NCBI GenBank assembly: GCA_963789955.1
Contig: CAWBMV010000034.1
Location: 64,001-128,000 of the forward strand
Length of the DNA stretch: 64,000 nt
Direction: 5' to 3'
Source: an uncultured Candidatus Rokubacteria bacterium
Lineage (GTDB): Bacteria; Methylomirabilota; Methylomirabilia; Rokubacteriales; CSP1-6
A model generated the notes under the pieces. That model made no database searches. It saw only the letters and a list, made by a program, of their open reading frames with translations, and was not told the DNA's origin. Position numbers and translations under genes: made by a program. Positions within the stretch are counted from its first letter, which is position 1. Each line of letters begins with the position of its first letter. Shown one piece after another: positions 63,803 to 64,000 of this stretch.

Positions 63803-64000
63803 CTAGATTTCGAGGAATCGCTGCTGAATGGTCGGGTCCCGGCGGAGCTGTTCCGGAGTGCCCTCGAACTGGATCTGCCCCTGGTCCATCACGTACACCC
63901 GATGCGAGAGCGCGAGCGCCACTTCGAGTGTCTGCTCGACCAGGAGGATCGTCGTGCCCCGCCGGTTGATCGCCGCCAGGATCTCCGTGAGGTTCTGAAC
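63803..64000 (-). CDS. LivF-like ABC ATPase, C-terminal fragment (cut by window edge)
   Basis: GTTILLVEQ..ALALSHRVYVMDQGQI.FEGTP.. Confidence 0.85.
   Translation of the reverse strand, partial: VQNLTEILAAINRRGTTILLVEQTLEVALALSHRVYVMDQGQIQFEGTPEQLRRDPTIQQRFLEI

Overview
High-GC, densely coding bacterial DNA. The gene style (many peptide and branched-chain ABC systems, CoA-transferase/acyl-CoA dehydrogenase clusters, giant sigma54-ATPase-TPR fusion) suggests Candidatus Rokubacteria/Methylomirabilota; this is inference. Many genes carry single-base frameshifts that look like long-read indel errors. Most of the window is ordinary catabolic and transport content. No rRNA, tRNA, CRISPR array or transposase was seen. 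The most notable region is 5.1-13.7 kb. There a 1374-aa sigma54 activator fusion is flanked by two operons that each have a -24/-12 promoter match. One is a pair of paralogous helical proteins. The other encodes a cytoplasmic HExxH metallopeptidase, an ATP-grasp enzyme and three microproteins, two of which are paralogs missed by the ORF track. Other highlights: two split ORFs that are very likely selenoproteins with SECIS-like hairpins (peroxiredoxin-like and TlpA-like), a bufferin-type MNIO RiPP operon coupled to an adenylate cyclase, a candidate structured RNA or amber-interrupted small ORF at 3.55-3.81 kb, a 10-bp-phased TCAA array between an HTH_17 gene and citrate synthase, an internally deleted pgi relic, and a REP-like palindromic repeat.
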